NCBI GenBank assembly: GCA_963669175.1
Contig: OY769902.1
Location: forward strand, 3,232,001-3,296,000
Reading direction: 5' to 3'
DNA from: a bacterium
GTDB taxonomy: Bacteria; Electryoneota; Electryoneia; Electryoneales; Electryoneaceae
DNA: 64,000 nt
Shown: positions 47,612-59,315 of the stretch, piece after piece
Layout: each line of letters begins with the position of its first letter
Numbering within the stretch: the first letter of the stretch is position 1
Made by a program: the position numbers and the translations under genes
Notes under the pieces: model-generated
Databases searched by the model: none
What the model saw: only the letters and a program-made list of their open reading frames with translations
What the model was told of the DNA's origin: nothing

Positions 47612-49495
47612 ATGCTCGCAAAGCATCTTACAAGGTTGATATTTGTTCATGTTTTGATTCTACTTGCGATTAGCGCTTCCTGGGCTGATCCTGCCGCATT
47701 ACCCTGGAACGAAGAGGCCAGGCTTCTGATGCACACTGCCTATCTTGCCAATGATGCACGTGAAGGGCGCGGTATCGGCACCGCAGGACTCGATTCGTCA
47801 GCAGCCTATATCGAGCATTGTTTCAAAGAATATGATCTCGATCCTCTTTTCGGAGATTCCTTTCGTCAGGATTTCGAAATGGGATGGGGCATTCAACCTG
47901 ATGAAGGACAGTGTTTCCTGAGACAGGGCGATACCAGGTTGAAGTTCGGGCGAAGCCTGATGCCGCTTGGATTTACCGGAAGTGGGAAACACACAGCGCC
48001 GGTTGTTTTTGTCGGGTACGGAATCACGGCTGATGAATACGAATATGATGATTATGCCGGTATTGATGTGCAGGACGCTATTGTCATTGCGCTTGATGGT
48101 GAACCGGCTGGAGATAATCCGGACAGCCGTTTTGCCGGCACTCTGCCAACCCAGTACGCTGAATGGCGGAACAAAGCCATCAACGCAAAAACGCACGGCG
48201 CTGGCGGATTCCTGCTGGTTCGTGGACTTTCAGCGGAAGGTGACGGGGATACGCTGTTCACGTTGCAGGCTGATGCACCCTACCGTGATGTTGGTATCCC
48301 CTGCGCCTTGATCACTCGGGATGGAGCCAGTGTCATGCTCCCCGAACTGAACCTTGTCGCAGCGCAACGGTCGATTGATATCAATGAAACGCCCCGTTCC
48401 ATGACCGCCAGCAAAGAGCCGGTGACCCTTTCGATAACGGTTGAACGTGAGAAAGTGCCCGTGTCCAACATCGGCGGTGTTATTCACGGCGATCCGGACC
48501 GCGTTATCATTGTCGGCGCTCATTATGATCACCTGGGGTACGGTCAGGATGGAACCACAGAACCGGGAGTGCATGCGCCGCATAATGGAGCCGATGATAA
48601 CGCCAGCGGAGTTGCTGTTCTGCTTGAAATGGCGCGTATTGAAAGCCAGCGCTGGCTGCCTTCACACCCTACACTTTGGTTTGTGTCGTTTACCGGGGAA
48701 GAGGTCGGGTTGGTGGGGTCTTCCTATTTCGTGGCGAATCCGCCACAATCCCTGGAAGCTGTCCAATTCATGTTGAATATGGATATGGTAGGTAGGATGC
48801 AGGATACTAACCTGACTGTCCTTGGTGTGAAAAGTGCTGAAGAGCTGAAGTTGATCGCTGAACAGACTGGACTGGAAACAGGACTCACTGTTGCTGCCAG
48901 TGGTGGCGGGTATGGCCCTTCTGATCAGACTTCATTTTACGCGCAGGGAATTCCTGTTTCACACCTGCTCACGACGCCACATCTCGATTATCACAGTCCA
49001 CGGGATGATGTCGATAAACTGAATGGAGCAGGCATGGTAAGAGTGCTGGATTACGCTATAAAATATATCGACAGGCTGGCAAAACCGGGAAAAAAATTGA
49101 CGTATGTGGAACAGGCCGCCCCGGAAGCATCGAAAAGCCACGGGAATCGTCCATCATTAGGCACAATTCCTGATTTCGCTCAACCGGACAGCATTCGTGG
49201 CGTGAGAATTCAGGGGGTTCGTGATGGTGGCGCTGCCGCACGTGGTGGATTGCAGGGGGGCGACGTAATTATAAGGATGGGTGATGTGGTTGTCGATAAT
49301 ATCTATGATTTTGTATTTGCGCTGGACAGCCATCAACCGAAAGATGTGGTTGAGATTGAATTCATTCGTGAAGGTCAGACAATAACAACGACTGTTGAAC
49401 TTGATGCGCCCGCGATGCGATCAGGGCATGGTGGCGGAGGCCACCCCGGCGGTTCACCCGGTGGCGGACATCCGGGGGGGACGACCGGGCAATAG
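47612..49495 (+). CDS. M28-family peptidase with PA and C-terminal PDZ domains
   Basis: GAHYDHLG, GADDNASG, GEEVGLVGS, NMDMVG, PSDQTSF, DYH; LGTIPDF...GGLQGGDVI PDZ; Gly/His-rich tail. Confidence 0.9.
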   Translation: MLAKHLTRLIFVHVLILLAISASWADPAALPWNEEARLLMHTAYLANDAREGRGIGTAGLDSSAAYIEHCFKEYDLDPLFGDSFRQDFEMGWGIQPDEGQCFLRQGDTRLKFGRSLMPLGFTGSGKHTAPVVFVGYGITADEYEYDDYAGIDVQDAIVIALDGEPAGDNPDSRFAGTLPTQYAEWRNKAINAKTHGAGGFLLVRGLSAEGDGDTLFTLQADAPYRDVGIPCALITRDGASVMLPELNLVAAQRSIDINETPRSMTASKEPVTLSITVEREKVPVSNIGGVIHGDPDRVIIVGAHYDHLGYGQDGTTEPGVHAPHNGADDNASGVAVLLEMARIESQRWLPSHPTLWFVSFTGEEVGLVGSSYFVANPPQSLEAVQFMLNMDMVGRMQDTNLTVLGVKSAEELKLIAEQTGLETGLTVAASGGGYGPSDQTSFYAQGIPVSHLLTTPHLDYHSPRDDVDKLNGAGMVRVLDYAIKYIDRLAKPGKKLTYVEQAAPEASKSHGNRPSLGTIPDFAQPDSIRGVRIQGVRDGGAAARGGLQGGDVIIRMGDVVVDNIYDFVFALDSHQPKDVVEIEFIREGQTITTTVELDAPAMRSGHGGGGHPGGSPGGGHPGGTTGQ

Positions 49496-49611
49496 GAGCG
49501 TTATTTGCAGCAAAATGGCAATTACGCGAGCGAATAAACGGATAATTGCGTAGCGATTCATGTTATGATTCCTTACTTTTGCGGAAAGTTAACCGAGAGG
49601 GGAGAATCTCG

Positions 49612-50928
49612 ATGAAGGTTCTGGTGATCGGCAGTGGCGGACGTGAACATGCGCTGGCATGGAAAATTCGGCAGAGCGCTCATGTTTCCTGGTTGGGGAT
49701 TGCGCCGGGGAATGGCGGAACGACAACCGTTGGCGAAAATGTAGATGTATTCGCTGCCGGTGGCTCTGATCATTTGATTGATGCGGTAAAAGCCTATGTC
49801 GAAGCCAATGAGATCAACCTGGTCGTTGTCGGTCCGGAAGATCCCCTCGCTATGGGAATAGCAGATATCTTTGATTCGCAGAAAACATTCGTTTTCGGTC
49901 CATCCTGTGCCGCTGCTCGTCTCGAATCCGATAAGCAGTTCGCCAAGGAAGTCATGAACGAAGCAGGCATTCCAACGGCTGACTATCGTGGTTTTAACGT
50001 CGCGTCAACAGCCAAGGAATGGGTGCTGACACGTGAAGCGCCGATGGTGGTAAAGGCGACAGGGCTTGCCGCGGGAAAAGGCGTCTATGTGTGCGAGACA
50101 CGTGGGCAGGCGATTGACGCTGTCGAAGAAATTATGGAGAAGGACAAGTTCGGTGAAGCCGGGGCGCAAGTGATTATTGAGGATTGCCTTGAAGGTCCGG
50201 AAGCCAGCCTGATGGTGATAACTGATGGCGAACACTACATCACACTTCCTCCATCTCAGGATCATAAACGTGCCGGGGAGGGGGATACAGGCCCGAATAC
50301 TGGTGGCATGGGAGCTTATGCGCCAGCGCCTGTAATGACGGATGAGTTGGTGCAGCTTACCTGCGAAACGGTTATTGAACCTGTATTAAAAGCCATGCGT
50401 GATGCCGGTACGCCGTATGTTGGCGCGCTTTACGCCGGGGTGATGATCACAAAGGATGGCCCCAAGGTGCTGGAATTCAATTGCCGTTTCGGTGATCCGG
50501 AAACAGAATCTGTTCTCCCCATGCTTGGTGTTGACCTGGTTGACCTGATGCTGCTTTCGGCAACGGGGAAGATGGGGATGTTCATGGAACAGACCGGTCT
50601 GAAACCCTGGGACTGGAAACGGATCAGCCGTAAGGGATTCGCTGCTAATGTTATTTTGGCCTCTGCAGGATATCCCGGACCGTATGAGAAGGGCAAAGAA
50701 ATCACCGGACTGCCCGGCGAGACAGATGACCTGGTTGTATTTCATGCCGGGACGAAGATGGATAACGGCCGACTCCTTACCAGTGGCGGACGTGTTCTGG
50801 CAGTCAATGGCTGGGATATGACACTGGAAGGCGCATTGAAGAAAGCCTACGATGCCGCTGACAGTATTCAATTCGAAGGTAAGTATATGCGTCGGGATAT
50901 CGGCTGGCGTGAATTGAAGAAAGATTGA
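49612..50928 (+). CDS. purD: Phosphoribosylamine-glycine ligase
   Basis: MKVLVIGSGGREHAL, VVGPEDPL, KATGLAAGKGV, QDHKR, GPNTGGMGAY, EFNCRFGDPE, TSGGRVL. Confidence 0.97.
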   Translation: MKVLVIGSGGREHALAWKIRQSAHVSWLGIAPGNGGTTTVGENVDVFAAGGSDHLIDAVKAYVEANEINLVVVGPEDPLAMGIADIFDSQKTFVFGPSCAAARLESDKQFAKEVMNEAGIPTADYRGFNVASTAKEWVLTREAPMVVKATGLAAGKGVYVCETRGQAIDAVEEIMEKDKFGEAGAQVIIEDCLEGPEASLMVITDGEHYITLPPSQDHKRAGEGDTGPNTGGMGAYAPAPVMTDELVQLTCETVIEPVLKAMRDAGTPYVGALYAGVMITKDGPKVLEFNCRFGDPETESVLPMLGVDLVDLMLLSATGKMGMFMEQTGLKPWDWKRISRKGFAANVILASAGYPGPYEKGKEITGLPGETDDLVVFHAGTKMDNGRLLTSGGRVLAVNGWDMTLEGALKKAYDAADSIQFEGKYMRRDIGWRELKKD

Positions 50929-50950
50929 GCAAACAGTGATGGAGTTTTCA

Positions 50951-50991
50951 TGTGTCAGCTTCCGTAATGATAGAGGCTGACACATTTTTTT
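50951..50991 (+). terminator. Intrinsic terminator after purD
   Basis: TGTGTCAGC...GCTGACACA followed by a T-tract. Confidence 0.7.
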
Positions 50992-51091
50992 CAGGGAACA
51001 GATGGTGTATACTCACGTGCAATCTTCAACGTATATGCTTTTCAACCGAGACGCGAAGATGTTCCAAGTGATAAGAGATAGAGGATTGGTA

Positions 51092-52360
51092 ATGCCCTCA
51101 GGACGATTTTCATACCTGCTGATACTCCTCTTGCTGATACCGGGGATGGTATTGGCTGATGGACTGTTGATCCCGATGGACCTGTCGCAGACCGATCACC
51201 TGCGGGCGTACGGAGTGACCTATCATGCTATCGATGCAGGAGCAGAGGTCGAATGGTTGCTGAATTATCGTGGTGGTTCCTTCCTGATGGACTATTTCCC
51301 GGAAATCGAGCGGTTGTGCCGTTTGAAGGGGGTACAGGTTGAACTGGTTTCCAACGCACAGATTGGCCAAATCTATTCCCAGATAGACAACTCGAACATG
51401 GAACGAATCCGGTTGGAAAAAGCGCCACGTATCGCTGTTTATCAGCCGCCGGATGTGGAGCCCTGGGATGATGCTGTGGCGATGGTCCTGGAGTATACAG
51501 AAATCCCCTATGATAAAGTCTATGACACAGAAGTGCTGACCGGACGTTTGTTCGACTATGACTGGCTGCATCTGCACCACGAAGACTTCACCGGTCAGTA
51601 TGGGAAATTCTGGTCAACCTACCGCAATGCGGATTGGTATGTGGCGCGTAAAGCATCCCAGGAGGAACGTGCGGCAAGGCTGGGATATGAGAAAGTGTCA
51701 CAACTGAAAGCTGCTGTGGTAAGATCCATTCGTGAATACGTGGACAAAGGTGGATTCCTTTTTGCCATGTGCAGCGCTACGGATTCCTACGATATCGCCC
51801 AGGCGGCCATGGGACTGGATATTTGCGATGTGATGTTTGATGGTGATCCGGCAGATCCAAACGCGCAGCAGAAACTGGATTTTTCCAAGACCTGGGCGTT
51901 TCAGAATTTCAGGCTGGTAACCGATCCGGCGCAGTATGAATTCAGTAATATCGATGCGACGCCACAGACCGGTTTCAGCCCACGTGGCGATGATGGCGAC
52001 TATTTCACCCTGTTTGAGTTTTCTGCCAAGTACGATCCTGTCCCGACAATGCTGACTCAGTGCCATACTTCGGTAATCAAAGGGTTTATGGGGCAGACAA
52101 CAGGGTATTGGGAACGATTTGTCAAGCCTGAAGTGATTATCATGGGACGAGTAGAAGGGATGGGAGTTGCCAAATACCTCCATGGCAACAGCGGGCAGGG
52201 AACCTGGACCTTCTATGGCGGGCATGATCCAGAGGATTACCGTCACCATATCGGCGATCCACCCACGGACATCCGCCTGTTCAAGCATAGCCCTGGATAC
52301 CGTCTTATCCTGAACAACATTCTCTTCCCGGCAGCACGGAAAAAAGAACAGAAAACCTGA
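51092..52360 (+). CDS. Conserved secreted protein of the FCB group (family often auto-labelled 'asparagine synthetase B'; GATase-I-like)
   Basis: Signal peptide; LIPMD...HLRAYG, WLLNYRGGSF, PWDDAV, DWLHLHHEDFTGQYGKF, FAMCSATDS, GHDPEDY, GYRLILNNILFPAA. Confidence 0.75.
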   Translation: MPSGRFSYLLILLLLIPGMVLADGLLIPMDLSQTDHLRAYGVTYHAIDAGAEVEWLLNYRGGSFLMDYFPEIERLCRLKGVQVELVSNAQIGQIYSQIDNSNMERIRLEKAPRIAVYQPPDVEPWDDAVAMVLEYTEIPYDKVYDTEVLTGRLFDYDWLHLHHEDFTGQYGKFWSTYRNADWYVARKASQEERAARLGYEKVSQLKAAVVRSIREYVDKGGFLFAMCSATDSYDIAQAAMGLDICDVMFDGDPADPNAQQKLDFSKTWAFQNFRLVTDPAQYEFSNIDATPQTGFSPRGDDGDYFTLFEFSAKYDPVPTMLTQCHTSVIKGFMGQTTGYWERFVKPEVIIMGRVEGMGVAKYLHGNSGQGTWTFYGGHDPEDYRHHIGDPPTDIRLFKHSPGYRLILNNILFPAARKKEQKT

Positions 52361-52497
52361 TACGGAATCCTGCCATCTGAATCATGTGTCATCTCCGGTA
52401 AAACCTCTCCTTATAAACATTTGTTGATTACCATACTTGTTAATCGACATGTGGTAATATATCATTTTCATATTCTTAAAAGTGTAGGAGTGAGTTG

Positions 52498-52842
52498 ATG
52501 CACGATATGGTGAAAGCGTTGAAGACGCTTGGCGATGAAGGACGTTTACGTGTGCTGGCGTTGCTTGCATTTGCAGGTGAAGCGTGCGTGTGCGAAGTAC
52601 AGGAAGTGCTTGAGATGTCCACGCCAACGGCCTCCCGTAACCTGCGTTTGCTTGAAGATGCCGGTTGGTGTGAAAGTCGCAGAGAGGGGAAATGGGTGTA
52701 CTACAGACTGACAAAGCTGACACTGGATCGTCAGTTGATTATTGATGGTCTTCAAACAGAGCTGAATGCTTGCGATATCGTTGTGAAAGATCGTGAGAAG
52801 TATGAGGTGCTTGATCAGCAGAGATCCGTTTGCAAATACTGA
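52498..52842 (+). CDS. arsR: ArsR/SmtB-family metalloregulator
   Basis: KTLGDEGRLRVL, EACVCE, SRNLRLLEDAG, RREGKWVYY; heads the ars operon. Confidence 0.9.
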   Translation: MHDMVKALKTLGDEGRLRVLALLAFAGEACVCEVQEVLEMSTPTASRNLRLLEDAGWCESRREGKWVYYRLTKLTLDRQLIIDGLQTELNACDIVVKDREKYEVLDQQRSVCKY

Positions 52843-52851
52843 TAAGGGAAA

Positions 52852-53928
52852 ATGATGAAAAGCGGTTCTGCATCGAAAAAGCTATCCTTTCTTGATAGAT
52901 ACCTGACTCTGTGGATATTTCTCGCAATGGGGGCAGGGGTTGGTCTTGGGTTTATTGCACCTGCAATCCCTGAAACCATTGACGCTTTATCGGTAGGTTC
53001 AACGTCGCTGCCGTTGGCTATTGGGCTTATCCTGATGATGTATCCACCTCTTGCCAAGGTCAGGTATGAGGAGCTTTCGGGAGTCTTTAGGAATATACGT
53101 ATCCTTGGGCTGTCACTGGCGTTGAACTGGGTAATTGGGCCGGTGTTAATGTTTGTATTGGCTGTTCTTTTCCTGAGAAATCATCCTGAATACATGACTG
53201 GTCTTATCCTGATCGGCCTGGCACGCTGTATCGCAATGGTTATCGTATGGAATGATCTGGCTGACGGAAGCAGGGAATACGCCGCAGGATTAGTCGCGTT
53301 TAATTCACTATTCCAGGTCTTTTTCTATTCACTCTATGCGTATGTTTTTATCACCATTGTACCAACCTGGTTTGGCATGGAAGGGTATGAAGTTTCGATA
53401 ACCGTGGCTCAGGTGGCGAAAAGTGTATTGATATACCTGGGGATCCCTTTTTTATCCGGGTTCCTGACAAGGTTTGTTTTGCGCCGAGCAAAAGGACAAG
53501 ATTGGTACGATACCAAGTTTATCCCTATAATCAGCCCCATTACGCTGGTGGCGCTGCTCTTTACCATTGTCATCATGTTCAGTCTGAAAGGCGAGATGAT
53601 TATACAGCTTCCATTTGATGTAGTGCGCTTAGCTATACCTCTTGTTATTTATTTCGTAATCATGTTCTTACTTTCATTCCTTATCTCCAAGTGGATAAAA
53701 GCGGACTATCCGAAAGCGACATCAGTTTCTTTCACCGCAGCCTCCAATAATTTCGAGCTGGCGATTGCTGTAGCCATTGGTGTGTTTGGGATTGCGTCTG
53801 GTGAAGCTTTTGCGGCAGTAATAGGTCCCTTGGTGGAAGTGCCTGTGCTGATAGCGCTGGTAAGCGTCGCGCTCTGGATCAGACGTAAATATTTCAATGA
53901 TCAACAAAAAACAGCAGTGAAAGGGTAG
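52852..53928 (+). CDS. acr3: ACR3-family arsenite efflux transporter
   Basis: [49 protein letters not shown]. Confidence 0.96.
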   Translation: MMKSGSASKKLSFLDRYLTLWIFLAMGAGVGLGFIAPAIPETIDALSVGSTSLPLAIGLILMMYPPLAKVRYEELSGVFRNIRILGLSLALNWVIGPVLMFVLAVLFLRNHPEYMTGLILIGLARCIAMVIVWNDLADGSREYAAGLVAFNSLFQVFFYSLYAYVFITIVPTWFGMEGYEVSITVAQVAKSVLIYLGIPFLSGFLTRFVLRRAKGQDWYDTKFIPIISPITLVALLFTIVIMFSLKGEMIIQLPFDVVRLAIPLVIYFVIMFLLSFLISKWIKADYPKATSVSFTAASNNFELAIAVAIGVFGIASGEAFAAVIGPLVEVPVLIALVSVALWIRRKYFNDQQKTAVKG

Positions 53929-53931
53929 ACA

Positions 53932-54357
53932 GTGGACAGAAAAAAAGTACTGGTATTGTGTACGGGGAATTCCGCACGAAGTATCATGGCTGAATACCTG
54001 ATCAACCATGAACTCGGTGATACCTGGGTGGCGTTTTCGGCAGGTGTCGAACCACAAAGCCCAAAACCTCATGCGATACGTGTTTTAGAGGAGCACGGAA
54101 TCGCCACAGAGGGGGTGAGGAGCAAATCAGTAGAGGAGTTTCTTTGTCGTGATGATCTTGATCTGGTTATCACAGTTTGTGATCATGCGAGGGAAAGCTG
54201 TCCGGTGTTTCCGCACCTGGTAGAACAGGTTCACCTGGGAATTGAAGACCCGGCCCCCTTTATTCATGAACCGGATGAGATTGCAATGACCCAATTCCGG
54301 GAAGCGTTTCAGGCAATCAGGGAAGATGTCTTGGGATTTCTTCGGGAGAAGAGGTAG
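53932..54357 (+). CDS. arsC: Thioredoxin-coupled arsenate reductase (LMW-PTP fold)
   Basis: CTGNSARS P-loop, VITVCDHARESCP, EDP. Confidence 0.9.
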   Translation: MDRKKVLVLCTGNSARSIMAEYLINHELGDTWVAFSAGVEPQSPKPHAIRVLEEHGIATEGVRSKSVEEFLCRDDLDLVITVCDHARESCPVFPHLVEQVHLGIEDPAPFIHEPDEIAMTQFREAFQAIREDVLGFLREKR

Positions 54358-54389
54358 CGGACTGAAGCTGTAGACAGAAGTGAGTGATA

Positions 54390-54431
54390 AAATAGAAGCC
54401 GTCTTTTGAGATCAAAAGACGGCTTCTATTT
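54390..54431. terminator. Bidirectional terminator between arsC and tRNA-Pro
   Basis: AAATAGAAGCCGTCTTTTGA-GA-TCAAAAGACGGCTTCTATTT perfect hairpin. Confidence 0.8.
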
Positions 54432-54434
54432 GTT

Positions 54435-54510
<76 letters not shown>

Positions 54511-54681
54511 AACAAGGTGAAAAAAAGTGTCCGACGCAACCTGCCCGTCGAACAGAACACGAATATAAAACGAGAATGAAGTGCAGTCAACAAAGCATGC
54601 TCCGCATGAAGAGACACACAAGTCTGATAGCAAATAATTCGCAAAGAGACTCTGGATATAGCAAAATTTAAGTTTTTCCTC

Positions 54682-54711
54682 TTGACTATTTATCTGTTTA
54701 TGTTCTATAAT
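54682..54711 (+). promoter_or_regulatory. Sigma-70-type promoter upstream of the chemoreceptor gene
   Basis: TTGACT-N18-TATAAT in AT-rich intergenic DNA. Confidence 0.55.
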
Positions 54712-54883
54712 ATTTCATAAATATAACCCATGCAGGGATTGAAGATATTGCGATCTTTATTGGTATGAGTTATATGGGATTATGGAATTTGGAGTTCGAA
54801 AATTCTAATGATGATTCTGTCGTGAAGGGGTTACAAGGAGTTCCGCGCGGAGTGTTGCTTTACCTTTTTAAGGAGGTCGGGAC

Positions 54884-57781
54884 ATGAGTTTGAGCATCAA
54901 AAACAAGATTATCGGTCTTGCTGCCATTTCAGCAATCCTACCGATTGTCGTGCTGATTGTTATCATTGCGATTCAGAAATCAAACACCAGTAAACAAGTT
55001 GCAGCTCAGGTGGATGCACTTGGGGAAAACAATTTGATTCGTGCCGCTGAAGATGTTTATGGCATGTGTGCTGCTGCTGAAGAGATTCTCCAGAACCAGT
55101 TGGAGGCCGGGTTGAAGGTAGCCAACAATGAAGTTGCAAGGCGGGGTGGAGTGGCTGAATCGTCTGGAAGTGTGACTTGGAAAGCAGTGAATCAAATGAG
55201 CAAGTCAACTCAGCAGGTGACAATCCCAAGATTCTATGTGGGCAACCAGTGGCTAGGGCAGAATTATTCCTTTGCCAACAGCACACCGGTTGTAGATGAT
55301 GTAATGAATTTAACAAATCTTACCTGTACGATCTTTCAACGGATGAATAGTTCAGGGGACATGCTGCGTGTTGCAACCAATATCCGTTCGGAGAACGGGG
55401 ATAGGGCTATTGGAACCTATATCCCTGCCACAAATCCTAATGGCTCTTCCAGCGAGATTATTTCATCTGTGTTGCGTGGACAGACTTATAAAGGACGAGC
55501 CTTTGCGGTCGGCAAATGGTACGATACCGTATATGAACCTATCCGTGACAAAAAAGGTTCTGTTATTGGCATGATGTATGTCGGTATCTCTTTCGAAGAT
55601 ATCAGGGGCATCACGGATGCGCTTGACGGAATTGAGCTTGGGAAAGAGGGCTATGTCTTTATTGCGGGCGCCAAGGGTGATATGCAGGCGAAAATTGTCT
55701 ATCACAAGAATAAGGCAACCATTGGCAAGGTGTTGTTGGATCAGCAGGATTCGGATGGGAATTATACATTTAAAATAATGACAGAACGTGCGCTCCAATT
55801 GGCGCCGGGCGAGACCTTTGTGATGCGCTATCCATTTGAAGGTCGGTTGAAGCTTGCGGCCGTGGCCTATTATGAACCCTGGGACTGGGCTATTGGCGCC
55901 AGCGCTTACCAGGATGAATTCCGTGAAGCTCAGGAACAAGTGGACAGATCGCTTGCCGGTTTGATCATTGCTTCCATCATTGCCGGACTGATTCTCGCCT
56001 TTGTGATGAGTATTGTGGCGTTTGTGTCCGGTTCACGTATGGCGAAACCTGTTATACAGGTGCGTGACATCGCGCTTGATATTGCCCAGGGCGATCTTGA
56101 TCAGACTGTTACGATCACAACCAGAGATGAGGTTGGTCAATTGGCGGAAGCGTTCAATGATATGACTGAATCGCTTCGGAAGAAAGCCAATGTGGCCAAA
56201 GAAATCGCTCAGGGTAATTTCAACGTGGAAGTCGAGATTGCATCGAACAAGGATGTGCTTGGAATTTCCATGCAGGAAATGAAAGCTCGATTGGATGCTC
56301 TCAACCATGATACCGGGAATCTTATTCAGGCTGTACAGGAAGGAAAGCTGGATAAACGTGGCGATGCCGCAAACTATCATGGCGCATGGAAAGAACTGGT
56401 TGGAGGTATAAACAGTCTGATTGAAGCTTTCATACAACCCATCGAGATGACAGCAGGATATGTCCAAAGGATCAGCCGTGGTGATATTCCTGAGAAGATT
56501 ACAGCGACTTACCATGGCGATTTCAATGAGATTAAAAACAGTCTGAACACCTGTATTGATGCTATCAACCTGCTGGTTACCGACACCAAGACATTGGTTC
56601 AGTCGGCCCTGGATGGTGAGCTGAGCAAGCGTGCGGACGCTACGAAACACGGTGGCGACTTCAGGGTGATTGTGGATGGCATCAACAACACCTTGAACGC
56701 AGTAGTCAACCCGATCCAGGAAGCGGCTGGAGTTATCCAGGAAATGGCGACCGGCAATCTTGCGGTATCCATGAAGGGAAACTATAAGGGCGACCATGCT
56801 ATCATCAAGGATTCGTTGAATGAAACACTTGAGAAGCTGAACGACTTGATTGCCCAGGTAAGCATTGCGGTTGATCAGGTCAGCTCGGGTGCAAACCAGG
56901 TATCGGATGCCAGCCAGTCCCTGTCGCAGGGCGCTACAGAGTCGGCGAGTTCGCTGGAAGAGATAACCAGCGCGATGACAGAGATCGGCTCGCAGACACG
57001 TAACAATGCTGATAGCGCTGAACAGGCCAATACCATGTCTACGGACACGCAGAGTAGCGCCGACAGCGGCAATCAGAAAATGGATGCCATGTTGGGCGCC
57101 ATGAGTGAGATCAACGCTTCATCCAGTGAGATCAGCAAGATCATCAAGGTGATCGACGAAATCGCATTCCAGACAAACCTGTTGGCGTTGAATGCAGCGG
57201 TGGAAGCAGCTCGTGCCGGTGTGCATGGCAAGGGCTTTGCCGTTGTCGCGGATGAAGTTCGTAACCTGGCGCAACGCTCCGCACAAGCTGCAAAAGAAAC
57301 GACCGAGCTAATCGAAGGGTCGATAAAGCGTGTAGAAAACGGGTCCAACCTGGCCCAGGAGACTGCGGAAGAGTTGGCTGCAATTGCAGAAGGGATCAAC
57401 AAGACAAGCACGTTGATGGCTGAAATTGCATCTTCTTCACGTGACCAGGCGATCGGTATTGACCAGATCAACGATTCATTGGCCAACATTGACACCGTAA
57501 CGCAGGCGAATACCACAAATGCGGAAGAGAGCGCCGCGGCTGCGGAGGAACTCAACAGCCAGGCCGCATCCCTGCAGGCGCTTGTTGCTGAGTTCAAACT
57601 GCGTGAAGATGCGGTACTTGCGGGCAGGCATCAGACTCCCAGAATAGGCGGCGGTGCAAGAAAACCAGCGCCAAAAGCTTTGCCGCATGCCGCTCCGCCC
57701 AAAGCCAGGTTCAAGAAAATGAACGAGGTCGATCCGGAGGATGTCATTCGGTTGGATGACGACGACTTCGCTGACTTCTAG
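54884..57781 (+). CDS. Methyl-accepting chemotaxis protein (Cache sensor, multiple HAMP domains)
   Basis: TM1, CTIFQRMN...MLRVATN...RAIGTYIP Cache motif, TM2, HAMPs, [23 protein letters not shown]...[10 protein letters not shown]; C-terminal DFADF pentapeptide-like tail. Confidence 0.96.
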   Translation: MSLSIKNKIIGLAAISAILPIVVLIVIIAIQKSNTSKQVAAQVDALGENNLIRAAEDVYGMCAAAEEILQNQLEAGLKVANNEVARRGGVAESSGSVTWKAVNQMSKSTQQVTIPRFYVGNQWLGQNYSFANSTPVVDDVMNLTNLTCTIFQRMNSSGDMLRVATNIRSENGDRAIGTYIPATNPNGSSSEIISSVLRGQTYKGRAFAVGKWYDTVYEPIRDKKGSVIGMMYVGISFEDIRGITDALDGIELGKEGYVFIAGAKGDMQAKIVYHKNKATIGKVLLDQQDSDGNYTFKIMTERALQLAPGETFVMRYPFEGRLKLAAVAYYEPWDWAIGASAYQDEFREAQEQVDRSLAGLIIASIIAGLILAFVMSIVAFVSGSRMAKPVIQVRDIALDIAQGDLDQTVTITTRDEVGQLAEAFNDMTESLRKKANVAKEIAQGNFNVEVEIASNKDVLGISMQEMKARLDALNHDTGNLIQAVQEGKLDKRGDAANYHGAWKELVGGINSLIEAFIQPIEMTAGYVQRISRGDIPEKITATYHGDFNEIKNSLNTCIDAINLLVTDTKTLVQSALDGELSKRADATKHGGDFRVIVDGINNTLNAVVNPIQEAAGVIQEMATGNLAVSMKGNYKGDHAIIKDSLNETLEKLNDLIAQVSIAVDQVSSGANQVSDASQSLSQGATESASSLEEITSAMTEIGSQTRNNADSAEQANTMSTDTQSSADSGNQKMDAMLGAMSEINASSSEISKIIKVIDEIAFQTNLLALNAAVEAARAGVHGKGFAVVADEVRNLAQRSAQAAKETTELIEGSIKRVENGSNLAQETAEELAAIAEGINKTSTLMAEIASSSRDQAIGIDQINDSLANIDTVTQANTTNAEESAAAAEELNSQAASLQALVAEFKLREDAVLAGRHQTPRIGGGARKPAPKALPHAAPPKARFKKMNEVDPEDVIRLDDDDFADF

Positions 57782-57808
57782 ACAGTGTTGGGTTAGTTGA
57801 CAATAGAA

Positions 57809-57848
57809 GAGCCAGCAACCCGGTCAGTAATGGCCGGGTTGCTGGCTC
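57809..57848 (+). terminator. Hairpin after the MCP gene
   Basis: GAGCCAGCAACCCGGTCA-GTAA-TGGCCGGGTTGCTGGCTC; no clear U-tract. Confidence 0.6.
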
Positions 57849-57911
57849 CTGGACAAAATGATAGCTATTTTTACGTATGATACGTTCAACAAAACATAGA
57901 CCGATCTGAGA

Positions 57912-59306
57912 GTGCAGTCATTACCTTCATTATGGCCTGTTGTCAGGCGAAAGCTGAAGCATCCTGAGAAAGTGCTGGTGGCGTTTTCAGGTGGGGCTGA
58001 TTCCTCCGCTTTGCTGCATATGCTTGTGAAAGACAATCAACAAGCAGCAGAACGTGTGGTCGCGGGCTACGTGCATCATGATACAGGCAAGCATGCCGAT
58101 GAAGCCGGGGAGCTCACGCGGAAGGTCGCGACTGATTTAGACGTAGTGTATTCTGTTGCGCATGTGCATGTGTCCAAAGCAGACAAAAAGGCGAGTGGAT
58201 TTGAAGCAGCAGCACGAGCTTTGAGATATGATGCGCTGGATAAAATGGCAGAGGAGCATAATTGTGGGCTGATCGTAACCGGGCATACGGCTGATGATCT
58301 TGCGGAAGGTGTGTTGCTATACATGATGCGCGGCGCAGGGATTGGCGGATTGGCTGGCGCACGGGAAGACACAGGGCGATATTTCAGGCCCCTGCTTAAA
58401 TATCATCACGAAGAACTGGTTCAATTCCTGAAGAATAACGGCTTAGCATTTATTGAAGACCCCAGCAATCAGGATGTATCCTATCATCGGAATCGCATTC
58501 GGCACAGGTTACGTCCTTTAATTGAAAAGGAGTTCGGCGACAGTGCCTGGAATAATCTTGCTGTATCGGCACGTTTTCTGGAAAACGCTGACCAGGTACT
58601 GGATGATCTTGCCGAAAAAGAACTTCAAAAGATTCTCACAGTGAGAAAACCCGGTTGGCTTTTCCTTGCCAAAGCGCCATTGGTCGGGTATCTTCAGGAG
58701 TTGCGGGTGCGAATTCTTGATCGTGCTTTGAGAATGGTCTATGAAGACAGGTCATCTGCAACGTATAATAACAGGAAAGTACTGGAACGACTAGCTAACT
58801 TGTTATATTATAACCCGGGTACGTCAATTGAGTTGCCGTCTGATATTACTGCACAGGTAACCGATACCGGGTTGATAGTTGATGGCATTGCAGCTATAGC
58901 TCCAGTTTCCTGGAATTTGCCGGGATCAGCCATATTGGCAGATGGTTCTGCTCTTGACGCCAGGAGGCTTGAAAACGGGCAGGAAAATGGGATCAAAAAT
59001 TCTGATCGTTGCGTAGAATATGTGGATGCAGAGGCTTTTGGAGCAACTGTAAAAATCCGTCCCTGGCGCCGTGGCGACAGAATGCAGGCGTTTGGGATGG
59101 ACCATGAACGTAAAATCAGTGATTTAGATAGTGGCGCCTCGTACAAGCGTGCAGGTCCAAGATGGGTTGTTGAGACGGAACGAGGAATTGCCTGGAGTAT
59201 TGGCAGCAGAATTGCGGATTGGTGTCGTGTAACAGAGAATACTCGCCAAATCTGGCGTTTGACGTATCAGCCATCGCGAAACCTTGCCGATGGCGAACAA
59301 GGATAG
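57912..59306 (+). CDS. tilS: tRNA(Ile)-lysidine synthetase
   Basis: AFSGGADS PP-loop, EAAARALRY, TGHTADD, RPLL, EDPSN, RNRIRH; upstream of ftsH. Confidence 0.93.
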   Translation: MQSLPSLWPVVRRKLKHPEKVLVAFSGGADSSALLHMLVKDNQQAAERVVAGYVHHDTGKHADEAGELTRKVATDLDVVYSVAHVHVSKADKKASGFEAAARALRYDALDKMAEEHNCGLIVTGHTADDLAEGVLLYMMRGAGIGGLAGAREDTGRYFRPLLKYHHEELVQFLKNNGLAFIEDPSNQDVSYHRNRIRHRLRPLIEKEFGDSAWNNLAVSARFLENADQVLDDLAEKELQKILTVRKPGWLFLAKAPLVGYLQELRVRILDRALRMVYEDRSSATYNNRKVLERLANLLYYNPGTSIELPSDITAQVTDTGLIVDGIAAIAPVSWNLPGSAILADGSALDARRLENGQENGIKNSDRCVEYVDAEAFGATVKIRPWRRGDRMQAFGMDHERKISDLDSGASYKRAGPRWVVETERGIAWSIGSRIADWCRVTENTRQIWRLTYQPSRNLADGEQG

Positions 59307-59315
59307 AATATTCGA

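Noticed and set aside
54511-54883. c-di-GMP riboswitch or sigma-28 promoter upstream of the MCP gene
   Set aside because: No GEMM-type core or TAAA-N15-GCCGATAA match was seen; only a sigma-70-like promoter.
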